63,971 bases of DNA, filler included, from Reticulomyxa filosa (GCA_000512085.1; 21 parts of 21 records of this genome joined end to end with filler, not necessarily neighbours in it); one strand, 5' to 3'; counted from the first letter of the whole stretch, positions 1 through 12,282 are shown. Numbers and translations: made by a program. The notes: generated by a model not told the origin, from the letters alone.

Positions 1-325
1 TTTTTTTAAGGGAAGTTCCCAAGCTTACACGTCTAATTTTAGGGAATTTCATGGCCACTTGGGTCATTACACCATGTTGTGTTATTCTGCGACTTCCTGT
101 CTTTTCATGCTTGCCCTAATTTTTTTGTAATGTACAAGATGTTATTATTTCAAAAAAAAATAATAAAAAAAATAATGCAACTGATGACAGAGCAATTTGT
201 GTCGAGAGCTCTTTATTTGAGTGGTTCGACTGTTCGTCTGCTATACTTGATGGTGGTTTTATCGCCACTTCGCTAGTTCTTCTTGCACCGCGACAACATC
301 GGCGCTTTGAGCAACATCCGCCCAT
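1..325 (-). CDS. N-acylated calmodulin-like (CML21/22-type) protein, 5' part; runs off contig
   Basis: Exon 325-182 begins MGGCCSKRRCC (myristoylation G2/S6 plus Cys). A GT-AG intron (181-116) leads in frame to exon 115-29, GKHEKTGSRRITQHGVMTQVAMKFPKIRR, which resembles the 'SIVLKFPKI' segment preceding EF-hand 1 in plant CML21. The EF hands themselves are not in the window. Confidence 0.55.
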
Positions 326-680
326 TAATGCGTGACAAACCTATCTATTAAGGAAAGCTGGCGGCAATTTGGTTTGGACCTTTTCTGTCGCACAACAAAA
401 CTGTGTTAAAAGACACACGAACAAAGATAAAACTAAGAATCAAGTGTTTAGCAGTTTTGTGTTAACAACACAATATGATCAGGGCAAATGATGTTTATTT
501 TCATTCTATTTTTCCTTGCACACAGAAAGTTGCACTATAAGAAGTTTTTCGACGAATGAGTTTTATCGTATAAAGAGTATAACACATCACAATCCAGACG
601 TTGTTTTTTTTTTCAGCAAATGAAAACAAGAAAAGGCTGTAGGCCCTGCAATTTCACACACTAAACTCATTATTACGAAT

Positions 681-2756
681 ATGGACCCGAAAACCAAAAA
701 AGAATTTGATATCTTGCAGGTAGCAAGTGGACAAATATGAATCCCAATGTGTATCCACATCACCCACGACGACAACAACAACAACAACAAAGCGACCAAG
801 CAAACAAACAAATAAAAAACAGTCGAAAAAAGGGAACGCAACATGTATGGATTGCGGGTCAAGAAGTTCTCAATGGGCAAGCGTGAACAACGGTGTGTTT
901 CTATGTATCAAATGTGCAGGCCAGCATCGTGGCTTTGGTGTTCATGTGTCGTTTGTGCGAAGTGTGACCATGGACTCATGGTCTGGACTGCAATTGGAGC
1001 GAATGAAATGCGGCGGGAACTCGCGTTTGCGCGAATTTTGGAAGCGCCAGCACTTGGACGGTGAAGACTTGACAGTGGAAAAAAGATATGACAACGAAGC
1101 GATGGAAAAGTATCGCGCGTGTTTATTGCGCGAAGCCAAAGGGGAGGAAGTGAACGAAGAAGAGATCGAATACATCGGATACAAGCCGGTCCAACGCGAG
1201 CCATCGTCGAATAAACTCGACGACACATTTTTCAATTCCAACACCATTTCCTCCTCACAAAACCTGCAACGAGCAGGGAACGGTCAAGAGTCTGCACAAG
1301 ACGATCACGGCGAATCGAACAATGACATTTTGGAAGATCTCAGTTCTTGGGCGTCGTCGTTTGCTTCGAAAAGCAGTGAAGTAGCTTCAAGTTAAGTTTT
1401 GTCTCCCTCCCTCCCCCCCCCCTTTGCGAGTATAATAAGAATAAATAATAACGAACATTTTTTTTTTTTTTCTCTCTCTCTCTCTCTATCCAACCAATCA
1501 ATTTAAAAAAAAAAAAAGGGGGGAATTGGGCCACTTTTGTTTAATGCATCGTTGGAAGAACAGACTTAGCGACCAAAACTAAAGTGGTGGCGTCACAATT
1601 GGGAGAGAAGGCCGCACAGGCCTCCACCAAAGTAAAGGAACAATTGCAAGAGGCAGATCTCGGTAATAAAATCACGGAATCTGCGTCGCATGGATGGGCT
1701 TCCGTTTCCTCCAATGTCTCGTCGTGGTGGAGTTCCGCACAGAAATCAGTTTGGAACAATCACTTTTATATTTATATATATATATATATGTATATGTATA
1801 TACATAAGGGAGAGGAAGGAGGATTAGAGTCAAATTTTGTTAAACGTATAAAAATATTCGCTTCTTTGGTGAAACTGCAAAAACGTTGATTTCCAAATCT
1901 CCCATTTGCAATACGTAGTTTATAATAACATATAATATGCATATGTATGTTGTATATAGATACGTGCATTGACTGACGAAAAAAATGGTGATGATGACCT
2001 TCGGTTTTATAATCCGGATGAAACAATAGCTAGAGAGTCTGGTAAATATAGCGGCAATGCCCTCTCGTCAGACACGTTTTTTGACCAAAAGAACGAAGGT
2101 GAGACGGAACCTGGAAGTCCAAACGGCCAAGATGATGTCCATGAAGGCGCAAATGGTGAGCCGACGCAAGACAATCAACAAAGGTCTCCCATTCAACAAC
2201 AAGACTTCCTTTATGAAACTCCGGACATTAATCCCTTTGCTGTCAATGCGATCAAGGAGCAAAACCCTGGTATTATTCTTTTCCGTTTTAATTACATCTT
2301 TCTTCTTTTTTTTTTTTTTTTTGTAAAGTAAGCACTTTTGAAAACAAATCGATGTTGAACGTTTCAAAAGACAATGGCAATGATAATGTCGCGCCCGATT
2401 TGTTGAACTGGGACGTCCAAGAACACAACAAAGCACCTGGCCACGAAGAAGATGATTTGTTAGGATTAGGCTTTGATGTAGGTTCAACTGTCTTCCCAAA
2501 TCAACAACATGCAAACTCAAATTCAAATGGCGGATCAATGTCACAAGGTAATCATACTGACTCCAATGCACCTCCAAGTGACGACTTGGGGCTCTTGGAC
2601 TTGACTGGATTGGGCAGCTCGACCCAACAGCAGCCATCTCTTGGGGCAAAACAAAACAAACAAGAAAGTGAAAAAACTGCAAACGTGAATTTTGTTGATG
2701 ATTTGCTAAACAGTCATGCCGCTACTCCTCACGATGACAAAAATGATTGGATTTGA
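681..2756 (+). CDS. ARFGAP1: ADP-ribosylation factor GTPase-activating protein (ArfGAP1/Gcs1-like), multi-exon
   Basis: Exon 681-719 (MDPKTKKEFDILQ) splices via intron 720-822 into SKKGNATCMDCG-x16-CIKCAGQHRGFGVHVSFVRSVTMDSW, the CX2CX16CX2CX4R zinc finger. Downstream exons include amphipathic ALPS-like 'LSSWASSF' and 'GWASVSSNVSSWW' and an acidic 'DLLGL' tail ending at 2756. Later exon boundaries are approximate. Confidence 0.92.
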
Positions 2757-3850
2757 ATGTTAGAGAACCATTTGCATTTATTGTTGTTTGTGTTCGTTCT
2801 TTGCAAATTGGTTCTTTTTTTTTCTCTCCCCAATTGGAGTTTTTTCGTCTAATAATGTTTTCTTATTTTTTTTCCTATACTTCCTTTTAATAAGGTAACG
2901 CACATTGAATGAATTAGATCCATCATATTTCAGTTAATTTGATACAAAGAGCTAAGCACTGCAAGGAATTCATAAAAAAACAAAAGGCTCTATTATTTTT
3001 AACCTCTTTATCTCAGCTCAAAAAACATCTTTTTTAAAAATTTTCAATTTAATTTAGTTCATAAATTATATTTTTTTAAAGAACTTGACGAAGACTGACA
3101 AGCAATCTTTGATTCAACAATCGTGCAGTGAATAGCAATACTTTTTCGTATTACACTTTGTATCAGTTAGCACTGCACGTGTATTTCAAAAATTTGTATC
3201 TCTCGTTGACACATTAGTACGAGCAATTGAAGTAAAATTATTCAACTCAAAGCATATTAATCTAATAATATGTCTGTTAAGAGATTCTTGACATCCAAAA
3301 GTAAAAAAAAGATATCAAAGCCAATTTAGAAAATGAGAAACTATCTCTTCAAGTGTACGTTATATATGGTCAAATAAAGAAATTTAATCTTCAATGACAT
3401 CACAATCATACACATTGTATAATATTTTGCAATATAGTTAAGTGATAGTATTTGACAATACTATTCGATGTTGATAAATCAAAGACAAACTTGAATTACA
3501 AATATTAAATATACACAATATTGAATTACTATGTTGAGTTATAATCATCGATATTTGTGTTCTGCATCTTGTAATAATGTTATTCGTCTATGTTATTTTA
3601 AATTTTTTGAACAAAAAAAAGAAATTATAATTACGGTTGTGCTAATTTCATAATTTTTTCCAATTTCTTTTATTTAACTCACAAAATTTAAATTTATTTC
3701 CTGTTGCTTCGCACGAGACTGAAATAATGAGATTCATTTATTAACAAAAAAAAAACTGCTTAAAAAAGAAAACAAAAATAACTCCAGCTTTGGGTTAAAA
3801 AAGGGGAACAGGCTTTAATTTCAAAATATAGCAGGAACATTTGTACTATA

Positions 3851-4766
3851 ATGACATCTTTTATTGAAATGTTTGGCCTAACCTGGGGTCCTTGGTTTGA
3901 GATGTACTTACCTTTGATATGGATTGCAGGTGTTGGTTTGTTGTTGTTTGCCTACGTTGGGCTGGTAAAAATAATATGGATAGTAATGCAACAAGCAGTG
4001 GTGATGTTCTTAATGATAATTTGTGGGATGGTTTGGTGGGTACTTGTTTCATCTCATTTGGGAGCGAATGACATTCTATCAGTGGGCAAAAGTATTACAC
4101 TCTTTGTACACTCTTTGAAGTCGTTTGTTTTTTTGTGTTAATTAGTACTGTCATCATTGTTTCGTCTTGCAAATAAACAAATATTGATTCAGTGATAAAT
4201 TATGTCCAAAATCCGAGCAGTTGTTTGAAAGACAGTCGATTACTAGATTCAGCGAGTGAAATCCTACTAATAACAGGAGTGACATTATTTCTATTGGGTT
4301 TGTTGTATCGACAACTCCCAATTGACCTCATTCCGGACTGCATTCCATGTATTGGAAAATATGACAACATGATGGCAGGAGTTGTTGCTTTTTTTGGCTT
4401 GATTATCGCTGCAGTTGGAGTGTATTTGCAGCTTACATATTCTACCGGCCCTAATTCAGTTAACTTTTCTAACAGTAGAAATAAAAGGAAAACATGTGAT
4501 ATTCCATCTAATTCTTTATCCCTTTTTTAAAATCAATTTCTACATTTATGCATGTATTATAGAGTACAACGTTCATACAATCGATCAAAGAATACACGTC
4601 AGAGTTTCAAAAGTTACAACAAAAGGGCAGCCAGGACCAGTGGGAAATTTTTGTTAATTTTTCAAAACAGTCTTTACAACGATCCCAACATATTGTCTTA
4701 ACTTCATTGGAGAAAATATATAAACAAATTGAAGAACGAGTTGGAAAAAAAAATATATCGCATTGA
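3851..4766 (+). CDS. Multi-pass membrane protein with DUF1232 (YkvA/RNF170 C-terminal) motif, 3 exons
   Basis: Hydrophobic helices in 3851-4120. Second exon has PIDLIPDCIPCIGKYDN, matching the DUF1232 consensus PxDLIPDxxPxxGxxDD. Third exon is open from ~4563 to TGA at 4766. Confidence 0.7.
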
Positions 4767-5501
4767 CAGCTTTTCTAACAAACCTTGATTCTTCACTTAT
4801 TTGTCTGTTTTTGCGATCCATTACCTCCAACACTGAACATGAAGACTTTAATCTTTTCTCTGATTCTACTCATTTTGTTGTTGAACAATGCAAATACAAT
4901 TTGATTTCATTTTCGGTGATGTTTGAGTTGGATTAACTTGATCAATACTTGAAAGTTTTATTATTTATAACAAACTTCGAGTATTACTTACGGTGCAAGT
5001 TTCATCTTTTGAATTTTCAACGATTTGAAACAGTCACAAATTTAGATAAACATATCAACGACATTTAAATTATATCAATAAAATGACACGAAAAGAAATG
5101 TCATTGAAAATGAACAGATGCATTAAAGAACTTTCCCTGCCTTTTCTTAATAACTATTTTGAGAGCGAAAAGATTACCAAAATTTTTATTAAAAGACGGG
5201 CAAAAAAAGATTCGATTTTTGAAAATTTAAAGGAGAGAAAAAGAACAGCAAAAAGTAAATAATTTTTTATATGTTTCTTTTAAGTGCAATCCTCTCTCCA
5301 AAAAAAAGTAAAAGGATACTACGAGAAACTGAGGAAAAGTGCTTAGATAATGAAAAGAAAGCAAAAATTAACATGGACGTATCACGGAAAATCAAAAGAG
5401 TATTAACACTCCTGTGGCGAATAGTTTAGTTTTCTTCTCTCCTTCGAGAATAAAAGTTGACAAACAACATAAGAAATTTTTTTTTTGTCGGTACTGTATT
5501 A

Positions 5502-6436
5502 TTATGATGTTGAGGTTTTTTGATTTGCTTTTTTTTGTTCTTCTCTGGCTTTCATGGCAGCAAAAATTTGTTCTTTTTCTTGTGTGCCGATATGTTCTTT
5601 GATAAACATTAAGTCCTCACTTTTGTCATTGGGAATATTGTGCATGCGCAATACCTCAGACAGACTGTCCAAGGCTTTATCACATTCCAAAACCATGACA
5701 ATGGTTTGCCACAAACCGAATCGAATAAAGGAATCTTTTCTTGCAGTAGACTCTTCCAATATCAGCATTAGTTCGATTATGTTGTGCACTTGCTGGTTAT
5801 TGACAGAAAGTAATTGGCGCATATAATAGCCCTCATAGCCAATATTGACAGCATGAGCCAACACATGACTAACAATGATGACTTGGTCGTTCACCTCTTC
5901 TTTGGATTCGTCTGCAAGCAAAGCCAATTGCAATGGGCATTTGGTCGACCACTGATGTCCGTAATAACTTCTTAAATAAGGACGTGACAAAGGAATGAAG
6001 ACAATTCCACCATAAATAAGATAAGTTGGTGTGTTTGTAACTTGCAACGATCTTCGAAGCAACTTGGTCAAATTGAAATGCTTTGAAGTACGCACTTCCT
6101 TTTCCTCCATCAGCAGCGGAGATGAAGACGATAACGAGTCTTCCTTTTCGGACAGCACATTTTCTGTTTTGGCTTCATTTTCATTTTCGTTGCTGTTGCT
6201 GTGGTTGCCATGACCACCATTCAATGTAATGTCTGTGATGGCATCCACGTCCACATCCACACTCGTCACCGACAGCACCGGCTCAATGGCCGGAGAAGTT
6301 GTTGCTTCAGATAGTGCAGCCGGGCTCTGTTTTATATTCAAAGCATTGGTTTTGTCATCACTTTCATTCGCAGTAGGAGGTAGCAACAGTTCAGTCGTTA
6401 CATTTGCCGTTGCATTTGCATTTGTATTTGCATTTG
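5502..6436 (-). CDS. Deg/HtrA protease (plant Deg2/Deg9-type), C-terminal PDZ domain; 5' truncated
   Basis: PTYLIYGGIVFIPLSRPYL...QVIIVSHVLAHAVNIGYE...VNNQQVHNI...VLRMHNIP is the second PDZ domain typical of Deg2/9/10, preceded by a long S/T/E-rich insertion. Confidence 0.85.
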
Positions 6437-6536
6437 NNNNNNNNNNNNNNNNNNNNNNNNNNNNNNNNNNNNNNNNNNNNTTAATTAATTAANNNNNNNN
6501 NNNNNNNNNNNNNNNNNNNNNNNNNNNNNNNNNNNN
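6437..6536. other. Artificial contig linker N44-TTAATTAATTAA-N44 (first of 20)
   Basis: Identical 100-bp spacers start at 6437, 10873, 12002, 16546, 18472, 19929, 22823, 25132, 27257, 30870, 32529, 41048, 43067, 46061, 48980, 53617, 58205, 60193, 61361 and 62831. TTAATTAATTAA puts stops in all six frames. Confidence 0.98.
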
Positions 6537-7655
6537 AAAAAAAAAAATTAAATTATTAAACAATTGCATTAGAAAGCAATAGAAGTTAAATTATTCAATG
6601 AGAAGCGGAAGGTGAGAAGGATTTGATCTTTGCTAACAAAGACGTACTATTGTTTGTTTTGTTTTTTTTTTATCTGTGATAATAGTTGCAGTCATATATC
6701 AAAGGAAATCCAACCACACAGCCAAAGGTGAGCACGACAAACAACATGAATGAGGAGTTGTTAGTACACAAGAACAACAACAATTCAATGGGTCGAATTT
6801 GAAGATGCAAAATTTTGAGGCGATGGATATCAATATGCTAATCAAATTTGTTGAGACTTGTACAACAACGACTACTCGGCTGATCAAATGGATTCATACA
6901 AGCGAGATACCAAACACCAAACAAAAACGGCAAAGCAAGGGACAGTGGTCTCTATAGGACAAAAGTATTTGGCAACTGATGTGCTGCGTCGCAAAAGAAT
7001 GGAAGAACATTATTCGTGGTGGCCGTGCTGCAAATACTTGGCGTGGGTGTTTACACTTACGTGGACTCTTGTTTGTGCTGTCGTTACTTTTGTTGTTCGG
7101 TTTAATATACTTCGACATGCTTTGAATTCTTATCAATCCGCGGCTGAGAGTCAATGTCCAAACTATTTGGACATTGGAGATGCGACGATCACTGCTTATA
7201 ATGCAACTGCCAATCATTATGTCGCCACCATGTCAACATCCACGTCTAATGAACAGCATGGCTTTGGAGGTGAACCTGCCGTGGATCGTTGGCTATTGTC
7301 TATATTTGTTGGCTTCTTCCTTTCCTTGTTTGTTTGGCAGCCATTGTTCATGCTTGTCTTTCAAATAATAAGGATATTGCGATTTGATGTTAAGTGCAAC
7401 AATGAATAACAGCTGCATTATTCTTATTATTGATTTTGTTTTCAATCAAATTTGTTGTATGTTGCTTATCTTTTTTAATAGCCAGAAAGAGTTACTGAAT
7501 CATATTACTTTGCTAACACAAAGTTACTTTTGACACAAACTGAAAGAGAAATATTGATTGAATCAGGAACTGTTATAAGCTCAGATGATAATGCAGACAA
7601 AGAGTCTGACCATGAAGACGATCATTATCAATTCAATGTTGAAGATAATGAATAA
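6537..7655 (+). CDS. Polycystin-1 (PKD1)-like transmembrane segment, C-terminal fragment; possibly pseudogene
   Basis: WWPCCKYLAWVFTLTWTLVCAVVTF and WLLSIFVGFFLSLFVWQPL resemble the PKD1-family TM pair (PWWC..IAW / WL.S...SF..S.F..QP). The last exon ends at TAA 7655. Upstream reading frames contain stops unless removed by an intron. Confidence 0.5.
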
Positions 7656-8709
7656 TGCTATATAAAGGAAAAAGTAATTATGTATTGCTTGATTTCTTTC
7701 TTGTAAACTAATGTGCAAAATATCGTTATTGTGTATTATAATTGACTAAAAAAAGATTAATTACGAATTCTTGCAATTTTCTTCAGAAAAATAATGCTAT
7801 ATTTCTATATCTAAGTTTTCAAAAAGTAAAAGCTGCTCTTTTCAATTATCAAAACTATAGTAATTATACTATTCCACATTGAAGCATTTTCAATTGTTTA
7901 AACTAAAAGATATAAACATGTAATATTGTTATCATACAATCAAATTTATCAATTAGACAAACAATACTTTATATAGTTAATTCAGGAAATAAAAACATTA
8001 ACACATTTTAAACTATTAATTATTTACAATTTTCCATCATTATTGTGTCTTGTTCAAATAATACTGTTTGTATTGTAAAATCAGTAAATTCAGTCTTTAA
8101 CGTAATTTTGCTTTGCTAAATACGTATGTATTTTCAAATGTTAACAATTTATACCAGCTTTAGCACTAAAATTAAAATCCAACAACACTACATGATAATT
8201 AAAAAAAACTTCAAGCTAAGTTTGTAGAAAATGAACTTGAATACAACCTTGTTTGTTTGACATACACATCAAAAATCATAAAATGTAACATTTAAAAGAA
8301 GTCGTCTGTTTTGTTTTTAGCTGTGTTACAAAAACATTTACATATGCTAATAGGAACTCAAAATAATGTTTTAGGAAAAATTCATTTTAGTGTTAAATGT
8401 TGTCATTAGTATTTATATTTTGCTCTAAATTACAATTTTTGTAAAAAGCATATCAAAAGTTCGACAGCTTGAATTAAAATCAATATAAGAAGTTAGTGCA
8501 TTTATTTGTATACGCGAAATAAATTTTATTTGCAGATCCATAAATGTGGATTTATTAGTCAAGTAAGTCTTAAGAACATGCATAGCATATAAACTTAGAT
8601 GTGTGTTGAAAAATACAAATTTGATTTGTAATGTTATATTTCATCAAAATTTTTATAGAGATTGGAATGACTATTTGACCTTTTTTTATGAGCTATTGTG
8701 AAATAAAAA

Positions 8710-9901
8710 TCACTGCGAACATTGAACAAAGGTAATCTGAACTTTAGGCGAAACGAATTGAGGGAGAGAAAATTTACTATTTTCCAGTATAACCTTATGT
8801 TTGGGATTGTAAATATTAAGTTGATCCATCAAATTCCAAAATTTGGTGTGAACGCTTTGAGATCTGATTTGTTCTGCAATTATAACTATTAAATTGCGAT
8901 TGGCAAGGTTTTGATAAATGTAGTGAATAGTTTGCACTAATGGGGCAACAAGTTCATCTACCCAAATGATGTCAGCTCCAATTATAACATCAACCGTGTT
9001 GTTCGTATCCCAAGTGGACAAACTGATTTTTGGATCAGACCAATCCAATGCAAAAATATGTTTGGAATGCGGCCAAAATGGGTTTTGATTTTTCTCAGAA
9101 ATTGCGTTTTTGTGCCAATGATCCCATAATAATGCATTGCGTTTTAGATTTATTTGCAAATTTTCAATGCAATACATCAGGTCAGTCATCCATACATGTC
9201 TTGCTTCACAAAGCATAGCTGTTAAGCCTAGCAATCCCAAACCACTTCCCAATTCCAATACATTTTTGTTGCGTAAAGATAGATCCACTTTTATCTTGTT
9301 TTCTTTTTCTTCATGTTCCTTTTTCAAATGCTGATTATCATTGTCATTTTCATTACCATTACCATTGCTATTGCTACAAGCATATTCAAGACATTTCGAC
9401 AATTGAATTGATGTGTCCCACAGACTTCGTCCAGTGTCTGCATTTTCTTGCTTGTCACTTTCTCTTTCTTTCAATCCATTCATTTGCATTGATCCCAAAT
9501 AGATCGGATGGCCATTCACAGCCATTAATGTATATTCTTCCTTTTTCATATCTAACAGCTCTGATTCCAGAATTGCTGATTGCAAACCTCTTTTACAATT
9601 TTGTCACATTACATTTTTTCTCTGCCCTTTGTATGAACTCAAACATCAAGAAGAAAAAATCGTTCAGATTCGTTTTGTTCATTTTTAACTTTGCCAACAG
9701 TGGGAAATGCTTATTAAGGGGAAAAGCCCTGCCCTCGATAGCCAGGAGTGGCTTTATGCAGTTTTGCTCTTCACTTGTTGCTATTTCCACAACTACCCAT
9801 TCTTTTGTTTCATAGTCATACCTGAGTTTGGTTCCGTCGTGACTCGTGTGAAATTTCACCCGAGGGACACTTGAAGCTTTCCTTGGGGAGGCCTCATCCA
9901 T
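8710..9901 (-). CDS. Class I SAM-dependent lysine methyltransferase (Methyltransf_16 / METTL21-like)
   Basis: Motifs TGRSLWDTSIQL, NVLELGSGLGLLG, MTD, LDW and DVIIGADIIW. The upstream exon (9901 to ~9691) joins in frame via a GT-AG intron ending at ~9590. Confidence 0.88.
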
Positions 9902-10233
9902 CGAAACCAAATACCTGACATGAAAAACCAACAGAAGATTAAAAGCAAAAAAAACTTTCAAATGTCCGTTCTCCAAAAAAAAAAAAAGAATGTTGAACTA
10001 AAAGCACAATGCTGTGCCCACCGAGTACGCTTTAGTCTTTTTTTTAAAAAGGAAGTTTAAAAATTTCGCAATGTGAGCTTTAATATTGGAAAAAAGCGAA
10101 TAAGTGACGTGTTTGTGGGACAAAGCAGTTTGATTTTAATGTTATTTTTCAAATTAAATGCTAATGTGAATCGAAACGCACAAACCAAAAAGCAAAAGCA
10201 AAAGCAAATTTTTTCAAGATATAAGTTATTTGA

Positions 10234-10872
10234 TCATTTGCTCAAAAAGCAAGCATCGAGTGGTGGTGAATGACCTTTTTCCCAAATTGTCCTTGTCGTT
10301 TTATTAGTAATTTTAACAATTTTTGTAAAATATTTGCAAGACAAAAAACCTTTTTCATTTCCTTCTGTCAAAATGACATTATTCGTAGATATAAAAAAAG
10401 CAAAGCCATCTTTGATGGCGGCAACGACATCAACATAAATCAAGACATCATGTCGATTATTTTCCCTATTAGTAAATGCGAAGTGAATATGTCTTCGTTT
10501 CATTCGGCTCAAGCCGCCACTGGACACAATTTCTTTTAAAACAGATTCATTCGTGCCGTGGAAAATTGAATTTTTCCATATTTTGGACTGAAGTTCCGCA
10601 AGACTCAGATGATGCAAGAGAGCCTCATTTTTCAGCTGAATGCACCCATCAGTTTTAAGTGAGTGTCCTTGGTTACATCGAATGCGATACTCGCCTGTGC
10701 GTGTATCTTTCTCCATTAAATATCTCTCTTTCTTGTCATTTTTTACAATCTATGTATTTACATACGTCAACAAGAAATGCGTGCATAACAAAATAGAAAA
10801 CCAAATAACAAAGTTGTAATTTTTTTTTTCTTTCCCCTCCCCCCCCTCTCAAGCGTACATGTTCGAGATTGG
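10234..10872 (-). CDS. TPT1: tRNA 2'-phosphotransferase Tpt1/KptA, 5' truncated
   Basis: IVKNDKKERY, IRCNQGHS, HGT, GLSRMKRRHIHFA and STNNVILTEG; one intron at ~10751-10858. Confidence 0.93.
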
Positions 10873-11000
10873 NNNNNNNNNNNNNNNNNNNNNNNNNNNN
10901 NNNNNNNNNNNNNNNNTTAATTAATTAANNNNNNNNNNNNNNNNNNNNNNNNNNNNNNNNNNNNNNNNNNNNTGACGGCTATTATCAAACAAATCATAAT

Positions 11001-11798
11001 TTAATATATTAAAAAATAAATAAATAAATAGATTTGAAACCTGTATATCTCCTTTCGGAGACGATGGGCCGTACACCAGTTAACAATTTTTCTTCTTTTC
11101 GGTGCGTCGACTCCCGACAAAATTTTGCCATATATTTTGAATCCGGAACATTGCAAATACTGATGAGGGTTCGAATTGGGGCCAAATTGGAACAATCGAA
11201 ATTTGCCAAAAGGTTGATTCTTCACAACGTAAGAATGGATTGTCCATTTATGAGTTGCAACCTTTTGATTCAATAACTGGTCGTTGTTATTATTGATCAG
11301 AGCCACCCATTGACCATTGACACCGTCAGTGCTGTCGTCACTTGGTTCAAATTTCCAATTGCGCAAGCATTCAGTATTAAATGTAATGTAATGTCTGTTT
11401 GTTTTTTTTGTAATAAAATTATTTAATTAATTAATTAAATGATTCATTTGACGATATACAAAAACAATAAATAAAAGTGGTCGAAACTTCAATGAATAAT
11501 TAGTTGGAATAACTTTAATGTCTTTAAAATCAATTACAAACCACGACTGCTTCTTTGGCTCTTTGACAAAACGAATAAGCTCACGACCAATCATACAATG
11601 AGCATGCTTGCTGTCCAATGCGATAGATGAGTACAACACATGAATGTCTCCACACAATACTGGATTTTGCCACGTGTCCCCCCATTTGTCCGTGTCCAAC
11701 CAATTGCAAACATCATTGGTATTAAAGTCGTAGGAATACTCAAATGACAGCGACCCTTTTGTTTGCATTTCAACACAATTGAAAATAACAACAAACAA
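11001..11798 (-). pseudogene. Galactose-binding/F5-8-like domain as in HECTD1 and BTB-F5/8 proteins; degenerate
   Basis: YSYDFNTNDVCNWLDT...WQNP, SWFVIDFK..VIPTNYSLK, LRNWKFE, FRLFQFGPNS..YLQCSGFKIYG. Several consensus G/D/E positions are replaced (DFDxNG..WLGT, FEIYG). Confidence 0.6.
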
Positions 11799-12223
11799 CT
11801 ATTGTGTCAATGTACATTGTTAATTGTTTATTTGTTTGTTTGTTGCATTGAAACAAAAAAAGATAGAGAGATCAAGTAAAAACAAACCATTGCTTATTTG
11901 TTGCATCGCCGGTTCTTGAAGCTCATAATATATTTCAAATCTTGTTATTGACCGATTCTATTATCGTTATTATTGTTATGATTGTAATAAATATGTTATC
12001 ANNNNNNNNNNNNNNNNNNNNNNNNNNNNNNNNNNNNNNNNNNNNTTAATTAATTAANNNNNNNNNNNNNNNNNNNNNNNNNNNNNNNNNNNNNNNNNNN
12101 NTGTTATATTGGAGGAAGTGAAATGAATAGATATTGCAATGGCAAATGCAAGATACAAAAGAACTCCAACCACAATTGACATTCATGAATCGTCATCAGT
12201 TAAAAAAAATACATTTATTCATT

Positions 12224-12258
<35 letters not shown>

Positions 12259-12282
12259 TTAATCTAGCATATGTCTACTCAA

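Noticed and set aside
6481-6492. Regularly recurring TTAATTAATTAA as a CRISPR-like or regulatory repeat
   Set aside because: It is always centred in 88 Ns, so it is an assembly linker.
8710-10872. Tpt1 plus methyltransferase as an operon-like RNA or protein modification system
   Set aside because: They are ordinary neighbouring eukaryotic genes with no evidence of fusion or co-transcription in the sequence.
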